From contig OX337236.1 in assembly GCA_946965045.2 (NCBI GenBank), positions 1,984,001 to 2,048,000 of the forward strand: a DNA stretch of 64,000 nt, in the 5' to 3' direction. Below, piece after piece: positions 46,534 through 58,372 of this stretch. The notes under the pieces are model-generated. The model did not search any database and was not told the origin of the DNA. It worked only from the letters and a program-made list of their open reading frames with translations. This DNA is from Epithemia pelagica (Eukaryota > Protista > Bacillariophyta). The first letter of the stretch is position 1, and each line of letters opens with the position of its first letter. Position numbers and translations under genes: made by a program.

Positions 46534-47980
46534 GATGTCTTTGGGATTATTGAACTTTGGTTTTATGAAGATGAAATAACAATCACAAGATCGACAACGT
46601 TTGGGTTTGTCGCTTGCTCAACTTGTGTCGTTTCACCATGTTGTTCATGTCTGTCTTGTCAATCCACACATTCAATTGTGTTTGTTCAATTTGCTTCGTT
46701 TCGCATCCAAGATCGCGATCGATCAACCCGTGAACCTGAACGATATGGAAGCTTCGATTTCACCGAAGCGGTTCGATCTCGATTCTCAATTGGTTCCAAG
46801 AGGTTCGTCGAACACTGCTTGGGTGAGGATGTGATCCGTCCGTCCATCTGTCGTCATACAAATTGCAGTACAGTCGTACACATTTCTTTACAGTTTTGTG
46901 GTTAACTCGCGCATTGGACGTCCCCCAGGGGTCCCCCACTGCGCCGAGTCGTCACACGACAGGAGGAACACCAACTCGCCGTCCATTTCGTATTTCGTAC
47001 ACACAACACACAACAAGAACAAAACATACGAGTACGGGCAGAAAGCAGGACCAAGACAAGATACCTAACCGCCGTACTCTTCCGCCCGACGAACCCAACC
47101 CAACCAACTCCCATTCTCACAATAATCCCCAACACCACGAAACAAAATCGCACCCAAACAACAAGCTATCGATCGTAAATTGCTAATTGCGGATTCCACG
47201 GCCCATGGATTGGGCAGTTCGCCCGTGAAAGGGACAGGCTCGATTTCCCCAAACTCCGTCACGTGTTCTCTAAAGAAACGAACGATTTCCCAACGTTCCC
47301 ACAAAATCGCCATCGTCATTGTGAGAATTGGATGCTTCCGTGTTTGTTACATGGTAGATAGTGTCCTGATGCGAATAATACGTGAAACTTCATGTTCTCA
47401 ATGGAAATACACTGTATGTGGTTGGGATGAGTTGCCACCGTTTGACCGGAGCGCTCCAAATCATGAGACAAGACATCCAACGATTTGGCACGTTTTGGTC
47501 CCTCTTGTTCCCATTATATGAAAGTCACAGTTCCATTCCATACAAAGAGGCTTTTGGTTTCATGGTTGTGCCAAGAAATGCAGCACAAACAAGTGTTTGA
47601 TAGTCGTTGCAGCAGCCATCCCGTCTAACTGGAGGATGGTAACAGGTTTCGTTTGTGAAAGAAACATTTATCAATTGCACAAATTAAGAAAAGGAAGCCA
47701 ACCCACAGAAACCATCCCACAGAACCAATCAACGTTTCCCCTGTAAATAAAGACGTTCATTCAATCAACATCTCCCAACAGGAGGGACAAATACAAACAC
47801 AAAAATGGATACTACGAAATAAAACACACAGACAGAGAGATCCATTCCAAAACAGAGAAACGATGCATCCCCTCTCCATGCTGAAAATGTTGCTTTGCTT
47901 TCCGTCCCAAGTTCCGCTCCGTCCACGGAAAGCGGCACTTGCAACCGTTCCACACCACATTCGACATATTTGTGTTGCTA

Positions 47981-48790
47981 TCACATTGCAAACAAAACTC
48001 GCTGCTTTTTCTCAGGAGTCGATGATGCTGGATCAGTTTCTATCCGTCGTTCTTTGGATGTTTGCTTCAACTCAAGGTTTTCGCTTCTCATTGTCTTGTT
48101 CTTGTTGATTTCCGAAGCACCATTGTTTGTTGGCACGGATGATGGCGACTCGTTGGCAGTGGTGGTGGCCAAAAGCAAGGCCACAGGGTTGTACGGTCGG
48201 TCTAGTCCTACCACATCTTCTTCATTATTATCATCAAACTCGTGATAGTGTCGTGGTGAACTCTCAGAGGTTTGCTCCAATTCGGCTTCATCATCATATT
48301 GTTCGTCCAATTCCACCATTGCGTCCGTATCCATAGAATCTCTTGATTGACTAGCGAGTTTCTTGTTGTCGTCATCACCGTCATAGTGTAATCCAGGTGA
48401 TGGTGATGACAAGGACGATAACGACAAGAGTGGTGATCGAGCCACGCTCCCTCGAATGGTTGTGGGAGACAATCGCTCAATCCAAGCTTGACTGGTAACA
48501 TTTTCGTCATGCTTGCTCATAATTTTTACTTGAATGCCATGGCAATAGGGACATCGGTCCTCCGACACCATGGAATGACAATTTGCACAGGGCCAGCATG
48601 TTTCTGATTGTTGAAAGGAGGAAGGTGTCACTGCTACTTGCACCTGTGGTTGGTCGTTGGGCAATGTGGGCCGAACAAACGAAGATGACATGGAAAGAGA
48701 GCAACCAAAAGAAGAACTGATGTCCCTCTTGCTCCAGCTCTGCGAATGTTGATGGAACAGTAATTGTCTCGAAGATTCAGTCGTTGTCAT
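47981..48790 (-). CDS. Hypothetical low-complexity protein with CxxC...CxxC knuckle
   Basis: 269-aa ORF with WPCANC...RCPYC and an NLS-like PEKKQR. Confidence 0.5.
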   Translation of the reverse strand: MTTTESSRQLLFHQHSQSWSKRDISSSFGCSLSMSSSFVRPTLPNDQPQVQVAVTPSSFQQSETCWPCANCHSMVSEDRCPYCHGIQVKIMSKHDENVTSQAWIERLSPTTIRGSVARSPLLSLSSLSSPSPGLHYDGDDDNKKLASQSRDSMDTDAMVELDEQYDDEAELEQTSESSPRHYHEFDDNNEEDVVGLDRPYNPVALLLATTTANESPSSVPTNNGASEINKNKTMRSENLELKQTSKERRIETDPASSTPEKKQRVLFAM

Positions 48791-49297
48791 GCAACAATTT
48801 ACGATTGTTTGTTCTCGTTTGGACTATAGGATACAGGACGCAGTAAGTTCACCGTGTTCATCGCATGGAATATGGAGTGTGGAATGTGACAATCCCGCGC
48901 AACAGAAAAAATGGGGAGAAATGAGAAGTGATGACGAGCGATTGGTTGTCCGCTTGGTATTTGCTATCAATTAAAACTTTTCCATTATAATGTCCCACTA
49001 CTTGACGTTGCCGATGATTGAAGATGCACGAGAAGTACTTCAAGATCCCAACGGATTTCTATCTCTACATATTTAATACTCGTATCAACCAGTCGCCACT
49101 CTTTATGTCCCAACCGAATGCATTGTTTCTGGTTGGGTGTTTGATAATATATTGTTGGTCTTTCTCAAGACAGAAAGGGATAAGGATAATTTGCTCCCCC
49201 ACCAGGCATCCTTCACCCCACAATATCGGTTTTCACACGATCGTTCAAGTCACCCCTTTATTGTTGATCTGCCCTCAAATATAGACTGACTTTTTTC

Positions 49298-49331
49298 AAT
49301 CAGGAATCAGGAATCAGGAATCAGGAATCAG
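49298..49331 (+). repeat. Heptamer microsatellite (AATCAGG) x ~5
   Basis: Direct reading of the sequence. Confidence 0.9.
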
Positions 49332-49680
49332 CGGAACGACAAAGAGAAAACCCCACACCCACACCCCACCCACAAAATAAGTACCCCCAAATATAAAAGA
49401 TTCCCCGTAAGATGCAGAGGAATCTAATCCGGTTCCGCATGTTATGGGGGTGAGGTGTGATGAGGTCATCTTTTTTGTTTCGTCTCGTACACGAAGCATT
49501 TCTATGCAAATTTCGACCGATTCCCAGCTTGGCCTTCTCCTGTTCTGTTTCCAACCGATGAGGACGTCGACCAAACCAATCGACTCATAAAACAGCAAAC
49601 CAGGCAACACCAACTGCAAGGCTCCACTGCTTTCACTCACCAAAGCCCAGTGTAACAAACAGCAACACGCAAGAAGTACC

Positions 49681-50586
49681 ATGACTGCAATCACATCGTT
49701 TGTCAACAAGAAAGCCCACCGTCAGAGTTCCAACCAAGTCGTCAAAGACACCAACGCTCTCATCAAGGTCAGCAAGGTGGAACAAGACTTGGTGGATCAA
49801 ATGTTGGACGAGTTGTCTATGCAAGAACTTGAGGTGGCGGCCAGAGCCTCTTACGATTACTTGGTCCAACCCGATTCGGATTTGACTCGGTTGTTTGCCC
49901 AACAGTTTGCACTACGATTTCTTCGTTCCAAAGATGGCGATGCCATCAAGGTGGTCAAACGCATGAAGGAAACATTGGCGTTTCGTTGTCAGATCGATGT
50001 CGATGGCCTCCGTACTGCCTTCGACAAGGGAGGCAATGTTGAATATGCCAAACGACTGGAAACGGAAATGCAATCCAAAAATCTCTACGTCCAAGGCTAC
50101 GACAAGGAGGGTCGCTCCACCTACATCTTTGTCCCACGGAATGTCCAAGCCCATGACGAATCCTGGACGATTCGACAACATGTCTACACGTTGGAACGAG
50201 CTGTGGCGTCCAGCAAAGCCCCAGATCGGTCCGTCAATGCCATGGTGGACTTTAATGGATTTTCAGTACGCAATGCGCCTCCAACTCATATCGGAAAGGA
50301 ATTCATGACCACCTTTCGCAATCATTATGCCGGTGCGATCAACAGTATCTACCTGATTGATGCACCAGCCTCCTTTTGCTGCTTGTGGGCCATTTTCAAG
50401 CCCTTGATTGGCCAAAAGACGCGAAGCAAGATTCATTTTGTCCAATCCAAAAAGAATGGACTGAAAAAACATTACAGTCCCAGTGAAGCCGCCAGTTGGA
50501 TGATGTCCACTGGCAAAAAGAATCGGGAGCTGGACACAAGAGAATATTTGTACAATACTCCCTTCTATGCGGCATTTGGCGACTGA
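49681..50586 (+). CDS. CRAL-TRIO/Sec14 lipid-binding domain protein
   Basis: ALRFLRS, YVQGYDKEGR, VDFNGF, FRNHY...IYLIDAP...LWAIFKPLI...TRSKIHF. Confidence 0.88.
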   Translation: MTAITSFVNKKAHRQSSNQVVKDTNALIKVSKVEQDLVDQMLDELSMQELEVAARASYDYLVQPDSDLTRLFAQQFALRFLRSKDGDAIKVVKRMKETLAFRCQIDVDGLRTAFDKGGNVEYAKRLETEMQSKNLYVQGYDKEGRSTYIFVPRNVQAHDESWTIRQHVYTLERAVASSKAPDRSVNAMVDFNGFSVRNAPPTHIGKEFMTTFRNHYAGAINSIYLIDAPASFCCLWAIFKPLIGQKTRSKIHFVQSKKNGLKKHYSPSEAASWMMSTGKKNRELDTREYLYNTPFYAAFGD

Positions 50587-51771
50587 GGACCGATTCCTTG
50601 AGCACATTTTTGTAGAAACTAGCTACCTTTGTTAACATTGAGCCATGACTTTGCAATAGACCCATTCTTGCAAGCACATGCATTAATATGAGGCATGAAG
50701 CCGTCACTGCCATGGTCTTGGCTAGAGGAAGAGAATCACCCCGTCGTTAGGCTACTTCACGGTGATTCATTCCTTTAGAGGAGGGTCGCCCGGCGCGGAG
50801 GGTAGAATGACGAGAAGGGCAAATGTTCGAGGAGGGCGCATGCCCGACAAGACATGTGCCTGTCGAGTCATTCTCCAGACAAGCCGGGCGCCCGACGAGG
50901 AAGGAATGAGAAATCACAGGGGAGTAATCTGCTTACTTTATATCTAGATATGTAGGTAGTGACTACCGCCCGGTTTTATTATGAGATGGGATGTCGCAGG
51001 GACATAATGTTCCTTTCGCGGTTCACCCATGATGTCGCGCGATTCGCACGATCACTACTTCCCGGCTCTACAATAAAATTCTACTGTAAAATAAAAATGT
51101 GAGACGAACTACCTGCATAGCTAGGTATATAGTTAGTACCCCATACCCATACCCCCATATATTTCTCTGGGTCCCCTTCCCCATAATCTCGGTCGCATTT
51201 GACGTGATGGCGATGGCGATGACGATGGGTTCATTGGACGTTTTGACTCCATTTCGACCGACGGCAACGATCGCGTATACACACTCTCAAAACAATACAT
51301 GGATCAATTGCCCTCCATTATCGATCGGTTGGGCCAGGCTAAACTCGAGGATATTGACGATGTTGAAGCAGAGGCAAGGCGTTTGAGCAATGATCCTGTT
51401 TACCTGCAAATCTTAACTCTTTTGGGACGGCAAATTTTTTACTCCGGTCATTGACCATTTGGTTAAAATTTTTACTTAACAAAATCACCGATCACTTATA
51501 GGATTCTCCACGTAAGCGATGACTCCCAACTCGTGATTCAAAAACCATTGACCATAAGGACAATTCCGAAAATCGAGACTTTGTCGTTAATGTAACTCAA
51601 CAACCAAACCATTTGGTCATTACTCCTTCATACATACTCTTCCATTTGTTACAAGCTTTCAGTAGCCGGTCCAAATGCCGAATTCCGACCGGTAGTTCTT
51701 GCGTACGAGCAGTTTTGGGAGTATTTCGTACCCTCATTTTTGTTGCACCTCCTTCGTCTACGACCTTCACC

Positions 51772-54279
51772 ATGGCAGATCGGTCAACCCAAGACACCGA
51801 CAAGCCTCCTTCGGCTGCGAGGGAACTTGACTTTAGACAGCCTGACTCTGATGATGACGAAGATAACGAAGAAACCTCTGTCCCTTTGATTTCTGCTCAT
51901 ACTCCCACAGAAGAACAAATTAGTGCTTGGAGATCGGAAAACAAGTACATTGATGAACAGATGGCTGCGTCGGACCTGGTTCTATTCAACCCGGTGGCTT
52001 GTGCTCAGGCTTACAAAGACGACGGCCCACTTGGACTATTCTTCCAGTTCATCCCGCGAGGATTCATTGATCGCTTCATGCTCAAGGCCACGCAAGAAGA
52101 ATTGGCCTCCAAGGATGGCAACTCTGGCAAGAAGATTGTCCTTACACCCAAGCTTTTTTGGTGTGTCATTGGATTAGATATCGCATTATCTCTTTGCAAC
52201 AGTACCTCCATCAAGGAACTGCGGAGCTCTAAAATGTTTCTCGGCTCTCTGTCATTCTCCAATTCTATGGCCAGAGACACCTTCACTACCGTCCGTGGTT
52301 CGTTGAGGGTGTATTCGACCTCGACATGTCGCAACATGGAAGACCCGCTGTGGCAAGTCCGACCGCTTCTTGGACACGTTCTTCAAAATTTCGCTTCTGT
52401 TGGGTACGTTGTTGGGCCCGTTGCGCTTGACGAGGCGAGTTGTCCGACCAAAGCAAGGACCAAAGCGTCGTCCTACCTTCCGTCTAAACTGGATAAATTT
52501 GCCATCCGTTTTTACGCTCTTGTTGGTTGGAAGAGCGTTTATACGTTCGCCTTGTGGGATAATGGCACCGGTAATGCACTCAACCAAACGCCTGCCGAAC
52601 GCTTTATGAAGGTCTTTGGTGAACTTTGGTCGTCCTTCAATCAGTTTTCACAAGCGTGCAAAAGTTGGATGCGCAACGCTTGTCCAGTAGCATTTGACAG
52701 CGCATCAATGCTTTGGGTGCTGATGATTGGATTGCTATACAGGTCGATAGCAGGAGCTGCTTCTCATCGCCGCAGCAACGATTCCCAAGTCCATACTGTC
52801 GTGTATATGGACAATTACTATACACGACACGCATTAGCCCGGGCTTGTTCGGATTTCACAGACAATTCCATGAAAGTGACCGGTACCGTCAAGATGAACC
52901 TTGTTGACAAGGTGAACAAACCATCTGTGATCCAGGCAACGAAAGATTTAGAAAAACTTGCTCGTGGTTCTTGGATTTTGGTTCAGGTCTACACGGCCGT
53001 GATTCATCCGGACAGTAAAATACAAAAAGAGAAAGAAAAAAAGGACGGTTATTCTAAGTCGTTACCAAGAGCGAAAGTCGGCTTCAACAAGTCCGATATA
53101 CTCGAGGTCGCCAATGAATACTGTATTGTTGCGAAACGATGCGGTTTCATTGTCTTTCATGATAAAAAGCCCGTCGTTTTCTATACGAATGATCTGGCGG
53201 ATACTCCCCAAGCTTTGTTCGGTGACAAGAGTGACGAGCATGCCGTAAGATGCGTACATGGTCTTGCCACGTTGTTTCGGTGGACGGGGGATTCGTATCA
53301 CGCCAAGCAATCATTCAAGGTCCCAGCCCCTGTGGTGGCATACAATTTGTTCATGAACGGGGTTGATCGGGCGGACCAGATGCGATCGACGAATGCTTGT
53401 CGACGCAAGGAGAAACATCTCCATATGACGATCTGGCATTTTGTCGTGGATCTCTGTATTCTGAATGCGTTCCAAGTGTACCTGAAACTTCGGAATTCGC
53501 AATTGATCGACGCTAAAAAGCAAGGCACAGAAGAAGAAGAAATTCGAATGACCAAAGAGATGCCTTTGAGGGAGTTCAAGAGGAAGGTCTGTGTGGCATT
53601 GTGCATGCCGTATGCAGAAACTTACAATGCCACGAAGAAAACAAATAGCAAAGCCGGTCCACAGGTTGCGTCGGCTGAGAACATTCAAGTCAAGTTGCCA
53701 CCTCGTCCCCCAGCACGATACAAGACACCGCCGGTCCGAGCAAGAAAACTAAGACGTTCTACGTCTTCGACAAGGAAGAGTGCCCGTTTTGAAGTTGACC
53801 TGGAAGCGGATACTCCTGGTGGTGCAAGCAAGGTAACCAAAGCCTCCGAAGCTTCAACGGAAACAGAAAAGACTGTCCAGCCACTCCGTTTTGAGACCAA
53901 TTTGTCTCATCACATTCTTCAACCCAACCCAGTTAATCATGGACGCCGACACAGAAGCACATGCTACTTGTGTAGTATCATTGGCACTGGCGGCACACAT
54001 CCAGTCACGAGCTATGGATGTGTGCAATGTCAACGGTGCTTCCATCCCGAGTGTTTTTCACTCTATCACAACAGTTGGAAGGTGGCCTTTTGCAACGATC
54101 GTTGTAAAGAGATTCGCGATCTGTTAGAGGGTTTCTGGACTGCGAATCCCCATGTCCTCGAATACAACATGGAAGGCGAAGATACACCAACAAAGGAAGA
54201 TGTGGAAGAGTACGAGATTCAACAAGGCAAGAAGGGAATTTGTGCGAAAGAAGAAGACATTCGAAAATTTGGAGAATAA
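51772..54279 (+). CDS. piggyBac transposase (835 aa from ATG 51772), intact
   Basis: DDD triad VALDEAS / YMDNYY / NGVDRADQ, and C-terminal Cys-rich domain CYLC...CVQC..CFHPEC. Confidence 0.92.
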   Translation: MADRSTQDTDKPPSAARELDFRQPDSDDDEDNEETSVPLISAHTPTEEQISAWRSENKYIDEQMAASDLVLFNPVACAQAYKDDGPLGLFFQFIPRGFIDRFMLKATQEELASKDGNSGKKIVLTPKLFWCVIGLDIALSLCNSTSIKELRSSKMFLGSLSFSNSMARDTFTTVRGSLRVYSTSTCRNMEDPLWQVRPLLGHVLQNFASVGYVVGPVALDEASCPTKARTKASSYLPSKLDKFAIRFYALVGWKSVYTFALWDNGTGNALNQTPAERFMKVFGELWSSFNQFSQACKSWMRNACPVAFDSASMLWVLMIGLLYRSIAGAASHRRSNDSQVHTVVYMDNYYTRHALARACSDFTDNSMKVTGTVKMNLVDKVNKPSVIQATKDLEKLARGSWILVQVYTAVIHPDSKIQKEKEKKDGYSKSLPRAKVGFNKSDILEVANEYCIVAKRCGFIVFHDKKPVVFYTNDLADTPQALFGDKSDEHAVRCVHGLATLFRWTGDSYHAKQSFKVPAPVVAYNLFMNGVDRADQMRSTNACRRKEKHLHMTIWHFVVDLCILNAFQVYLKLRNSQLIDAKKQGTEEEEIRMTKEMPLREFKRKVCVALCMPYAETYNATKKTNSKAGPQVASAENIQVKLPPRPPARYKTPPVRARKLRRSTSSTRKSARFEVDLEADTPGGASKVTKASEASTETEKTVQPLRFETNLSHHILQPNPVNHGRRHRSTCYLCSIIGTGGTHPVTSYGCVQCQRCFHPECFSLYHNSWKVAFCNDRCKEIRDLLEGFWTANPHVLEYNMEGEDTPTKEDVEEYEIQQGKKGICAKEEDIRKFGE

Positions 54280-54346
54280 GAGTGAGAGATTTGATTCATT
54301 GAAAACTAGGTACACGATAAGATATTCAATAATTTAGTAATGAGGT

Positions 54347-55090
54347 TTATTCTACGCTGTCATCTGTAGAGGAGGCCGAATTGTCATCACTATCTTCGTG
54401 GTTGGTAGCCCCTTCTTTGAGGGACGAATCGGCGTCGAATGGAGCTCCGGAATTACGGAATCCAACGTAGTCGCCATTTGGATCGGGGTACATTTTGTGA
54501 ATGATTAGCTCAATACACTGTGGAATCCGAACTCGGTTCCAACGACCCAATGATCCATACTTGGACGCGATATAGAACTTGTAGAGGTGATGGCGTGTGG
54601 CGCGATTGTGTCCGTTGTTTCGTTTATGGGCTTCAAGACCTGCGGTTTGAAGGGCAATTTCATAAGTCACGCCATCACAGGGGGAAAGTCCACATTGGTC
54701 GCAAAGAAGGTCGTTGTTGTTTTGTATCAAAGGAGAGACAACTGCTGCTGGTTTGGAGTCTTCGGCTTTGTCCTCCTTGTCTTGTTTGTCTCCTTCAGTT
54801 TCGGTGTTAACTCCTTTGGTCCGTTCCTTGTCTTCATCTTTCTTGATCATTGCCTTCACGTCGGAATCGATGATCTGCTGGTTGATTGCTTGAAGATCGA
54901 TTTTCTTGTTCTCTTGTTGTGCTTGTTGTAACAATTCACCACCCAACGGACTTAGGAAGAGAGGGGATGACGATGCTTTGCAAACATGCTTGTAGGTAGC
55001 GGGATCCTCTTCGTCTATGTAAATCGTCTGTGATTCAGATGTTGGAGTACTTGGCTTGTACCGTTTCGAGTGTTTGGAAGGAGAGTCCAT
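54347..55090 (-). CDS. Accessory ORF inside piggyBac with P2X7-ballast/KolX-like C-terminal domain (247 aa)
   Basis: CDQCGLSPC...RHHLYKFY....YGSLG..NRVRIPQCI..IIHKMYP...GDYVGF aligns by eye to the P2X7 C-terminus (RHCAYRCY....FG...ILPSCC..RIRKEFP...GQYSGF). Confidence 0.7.
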   Translation of the reverse strand: MDSPSKHSKRYKPSTPTSESQTIYIDEEDPATYKHVCKASSSPLFLSPLGGELLQQAQQENKKIDLQAINQQIIDSDVKAMIKKDEDKERTKGVNTETEGDKQDKEDKAEDSKPAAVVSPLIQNNNDLLCDQCGLSPCDGVTYEIALQTAGLEAHKRNNGHNRATRHHLYKFYIASKYGSLGRWNRVRIPQCIELIIHKMYPDPNGDYVGFRNSGAPFDADSSLKEGATNHEDSDDNSASSTDDSVE

Positions 55091-56758
55091 GGTGCAACGG
55101 TCGTAAGGACGACACTAATGAAGCACAGTTACTGCTTTTGGATTCGAGTCCTGTAACAAAATTCCCTATAGATTATTCTTACGTGGTTTGGAATCCCCAA
55201 GAGATTTTTTGTCCATTTTGTTAAGTGGCGAAATGGGTCACTAAAAATGTGAAATGACCGACCATATGGTCAAAAGTAGAGGTCGCCGTCCCAAAAGAGT
55301 TAAATTCCTCGATCAAGAGCGCACGGATTCGTGAGGGCGGATACTATTCCACTTTTCAGGACTTGTTTGCGATACAGAGACGTAAATTCAATCAAACTGA
55401 TGTAAATGAATTTGTCAGAACGCGGCGGCCGAAGAGTTACGACGTGCTTGCAGGGAAGCTGGATGACGCGAGTGAAATCGAGCGTTTCCACATAGCGCGA
55501 ACAGCAGATTCTACAATCACTGTGGCACGACGAAATGCGGCTTTTCCAACAGATATATTCGGCAACAGTGGCACGGGTGAGCTTGTACATCTCATACCAG
55601 ATTCGCCAGTTTGTTCGTTGTACTTTGTTGATGTGGGTATTTGGGTCCTACCGTTGGATGAAATCGCGATGCCAGCCGCGCGGAGGCCAAAACGAAATCG
55701 CCTCGACGTTGGTGAATTTGAAGCAAAACGGCGGAAAATGGTTATTAACGGTTTCAAAAAGACAAACAGGTCAAATAAAGTGGCCGATAGCTCTCTCAAA
55801 CGAAGCTTATTGAATCGCTTGAGATTGCGCTTGCAAGGGTACTATTTGGACAGACACCCGTGCGTCTTGATCATTCCACTGGCCGATACCAAATTCCTAC
55901 GAAACTGGGACGACGGAATCGAGTACGAGGCCTTGGTGCTTGTTTCTGAAGACGATACCACAGATGAGAGAATTCCTCCTGATCAAGTCTTCCGAGACAT
56001 AGGATTAACGAGGAAGCTACCAGAATGCGAACCACGCGAGATTCATATGGCTGCCACCTTGCTAGTGACAGCTATGAAAGCGCTAGCCTTGTCAATGTCG
56101 ACGAAACCGAAAAATCATTTCGAAGCATCAACAACTAACAGAAATGAGCTCGTCTCAACGTATGAAAAAATCCAGGTAGAGGGCACAATCGCAGTTCCTA
56201 CCCTTGTTGCGAACGCAGCCAACACTGCTAGGGTTGCCAAGGTCAAATTCGGAGCGGAAAAAGATCCGACCTTTGACCACATAGCTGTTGATCCGACGTT
56301 ACTTCTAATGAAGACTGCTGTTGTGGCATCGGCCCAAGTTGGGGAACGTTTGCTTCCATCTTGCCCGCCGTTAGAAGATTGGACCGCCGAGGACGACATG
56401 CAGGCTCGAAGATACCTGGCAGAGAAACATGCCAGAACGACCATTCCTGCTGAAATCCAGATCTCCAGATCCTAGCTTGGCCTGGACCGTCATCATGTGG
56501 GGACGCTTCGCCCTGGAAAAGCAGCTTGAGGGCGACCGTCATGCCGAGGAGCCGGTCGCATAGGCCTCCTAGACGATAACCGTCCCAGTCCCATAAATTT
56601 TTTCGGTCGCATTTGACGCGATGACGGTATCTTTATCTTTTTGGGTACAGGTCGTGAGATTGCATGAATGACTTCTCCAAAGGGATCCAAAATCCAAAGT
56701 ACAGTTCTCATGTTCTTGCACTGTTGCCTGTTGAGTGAACGGTGCGTGGGAAAATACA

Positions 56759-58034
56759 ATGGCAGAATCGAACAATCATGACCTTACATCCTCATTTCGG
56801 TCCAAGGTGACGTTCATGAAAAACTGGAAGCCTGGAAGTACTCCTTCGGTAAGTCTTTGAAGATCCACACGTCTCGACCACTGTTTAGTCCAGGTTTGTG
56901 ATCCTTTCTACACATTCATCATGTGTCCTCAATCAACTGTTACAGCTCAAGGACAATGGACCACCTGCAAATTGCCGTCTCCCCAATGTCTCATCCAATA
57001 ACCTTCGTGTTCTGGCCCGTTTGTCACAATATGCTCTACGGTCGTAGAATCGTGACAAGTTGGAATTGTATGCACTTCATAAACAGGCCATTTCCGGTGA
57101 CGCACCATCGTCCTTATCAACACAATCCGCAGCCGAACGGGCAAAGTATCAAGCCTGGCTCCAAAAATCTGGACTGACCAAGGCTGAATCCATGCGGTTT
57201 TATATGCAAGAAAGCGACCGACAAGTACGCGTGTATGGTCAAGCCGCAACCGAGAACAACAGTATGATTGGAGCAGAAGATACTTTGTCTCAGCAATCAC
57301 CAGTGATTGGTCCGGAGACGTCGAATGGTGGAGGATACGGTTCAGCCGAACATCCTCGTGGATTGGCAGCAATTCCCTTGCTCTGTGCTGCCGCATCGGA
57401 ATCTCGTCAGGGTTATTTGCGTCGATTGGCCAATACAAGAACCGATCAGGCTTGGTGGGGTCGACAAGAGGCTTTGACGGCAACTCCTGGATCTCTCTTT
57501 GCCTTTCCGGAAATGCTCTTGATAGGATTTGCAGCATTAATCGAAAAGATCAGTTTGACGGCTGAAGGCTATCTGCCCATGATTCCCATTGACGTCTTGC
57601 GTTCCTTTTTGTGGCCCATGCACAATTCACTTCTTTCACTCTGGATGGGATACATAATCATCGCCACATCCTGGACGGCCGTCTTGGAATTGACACAAAC
57701 CATTGTTTGGGGGAGTCGGCGGACTGGGTTTTCGTTGGAGCTGATTTGGAAAGAACAAGTAATTTGGGGCGCCCAATCGGCCGGAACTTTGGCCGAACCG
57801 TATCAAACCCTTACGGCTCGCCTTGTCGGCTTATTTTTGTGGTTTTATGTGCTGTTGGTGAGTTTGGTCAATCCACCAAGTTCGGTCGTGTTCAAGTCCG
57901 TATTGTACACGTTTTTCTTGTGTTCTACATGGTGGTATTGGCTGGTTGTGTTACCCTGGCTGGGCGCCGGTTTGCTGTGTCTTTCAGTTTTGGCTGGAAA
58001 CTGCTTTGCTCTTATAGAACTGGCTGGAGTATGA
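56759..58034 (+). CDS. Acyl-CoA-binding-domain membrane protein, 2 exons (56759-56848, 57048-58034)
   Basis: A GTAAGT...TAG intron gives TPSNRDKLELYALHKQAISGDAP...RAKYQAW (ACBP). Several C-terminal hydrophobic helices. Confidence 0.85.
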
Positions 58035-58372
58035 ACACGATGCCAGTGGTACAATATGGACTGGGAACAAAGCGATGTGAACAGCCCAGCCCGAATCTGC
58101 TGGAAAGAAGGGAACCTTGACCAAGCTAGCGGACGTACATATGGCGTATTTCTATACCCAGAGACACAAGGCTCACCGGTCTTCCGATTCGCGTTGTATA
58201 ACCCGCAAGAAACGTGAGATGTTTTTTCTGAATGCGAATTCTGCCTGAACGGTTTGCTACGGAAAGCAAAATCTCTAGACATGGTACATGGTTTAAAGAG
58301 AATCTCAATTACAGAGGTGCTACAGTTTATTCTATCTAAATTGAATTATTGTATAAGTGGAAAAGCTTGTCA

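Larger units (their letters stand above)
51417..55299 (+). mobile_element. Full-length piggyBac-superfamily DNA transposon (3883 bp) with two convergent ORFs
   Basis: Perfect 15-bp TIR CTCTTTTGGGACGGC (51417-51431 / 55285-55299). TTAA at 51413-51416 and 55300-55303. Subterminal TGACCA(T/A)TGGT and CGGTCAT repeats at both ends. Confidence 0.95.
51299..56475 (+). pseudogene. HNH-like nuclease ORF (429 aa when reconstructed) interrupted by piggyBac
   Basis: ATG 51299..51416 plus 55304..56475 join in frame (…YLQILNSSIKS…DLFAIQRR) after removing the element and one TTAA. DIFGN...VHLIP...NRLRL...D-HPC pattern suggests an HNH fold. Confidence 0.7.

Noticed and set aside
47065-47319. 84-aa minus-strand ORF (MTMAILWERWEIVRFF...)
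   Set aside because: Protein-like composition but no recognisable family or supporting signals.
50944-51124. Degenerate inverted repeat CTAGATATGTAGGTAGT / ACTACCTGCATAGCTAG
   Set aside because: 15/17 match within TAG/CTA-rich sequence and an ambiguous TSD; could be an old MITE but is not demonstrable.
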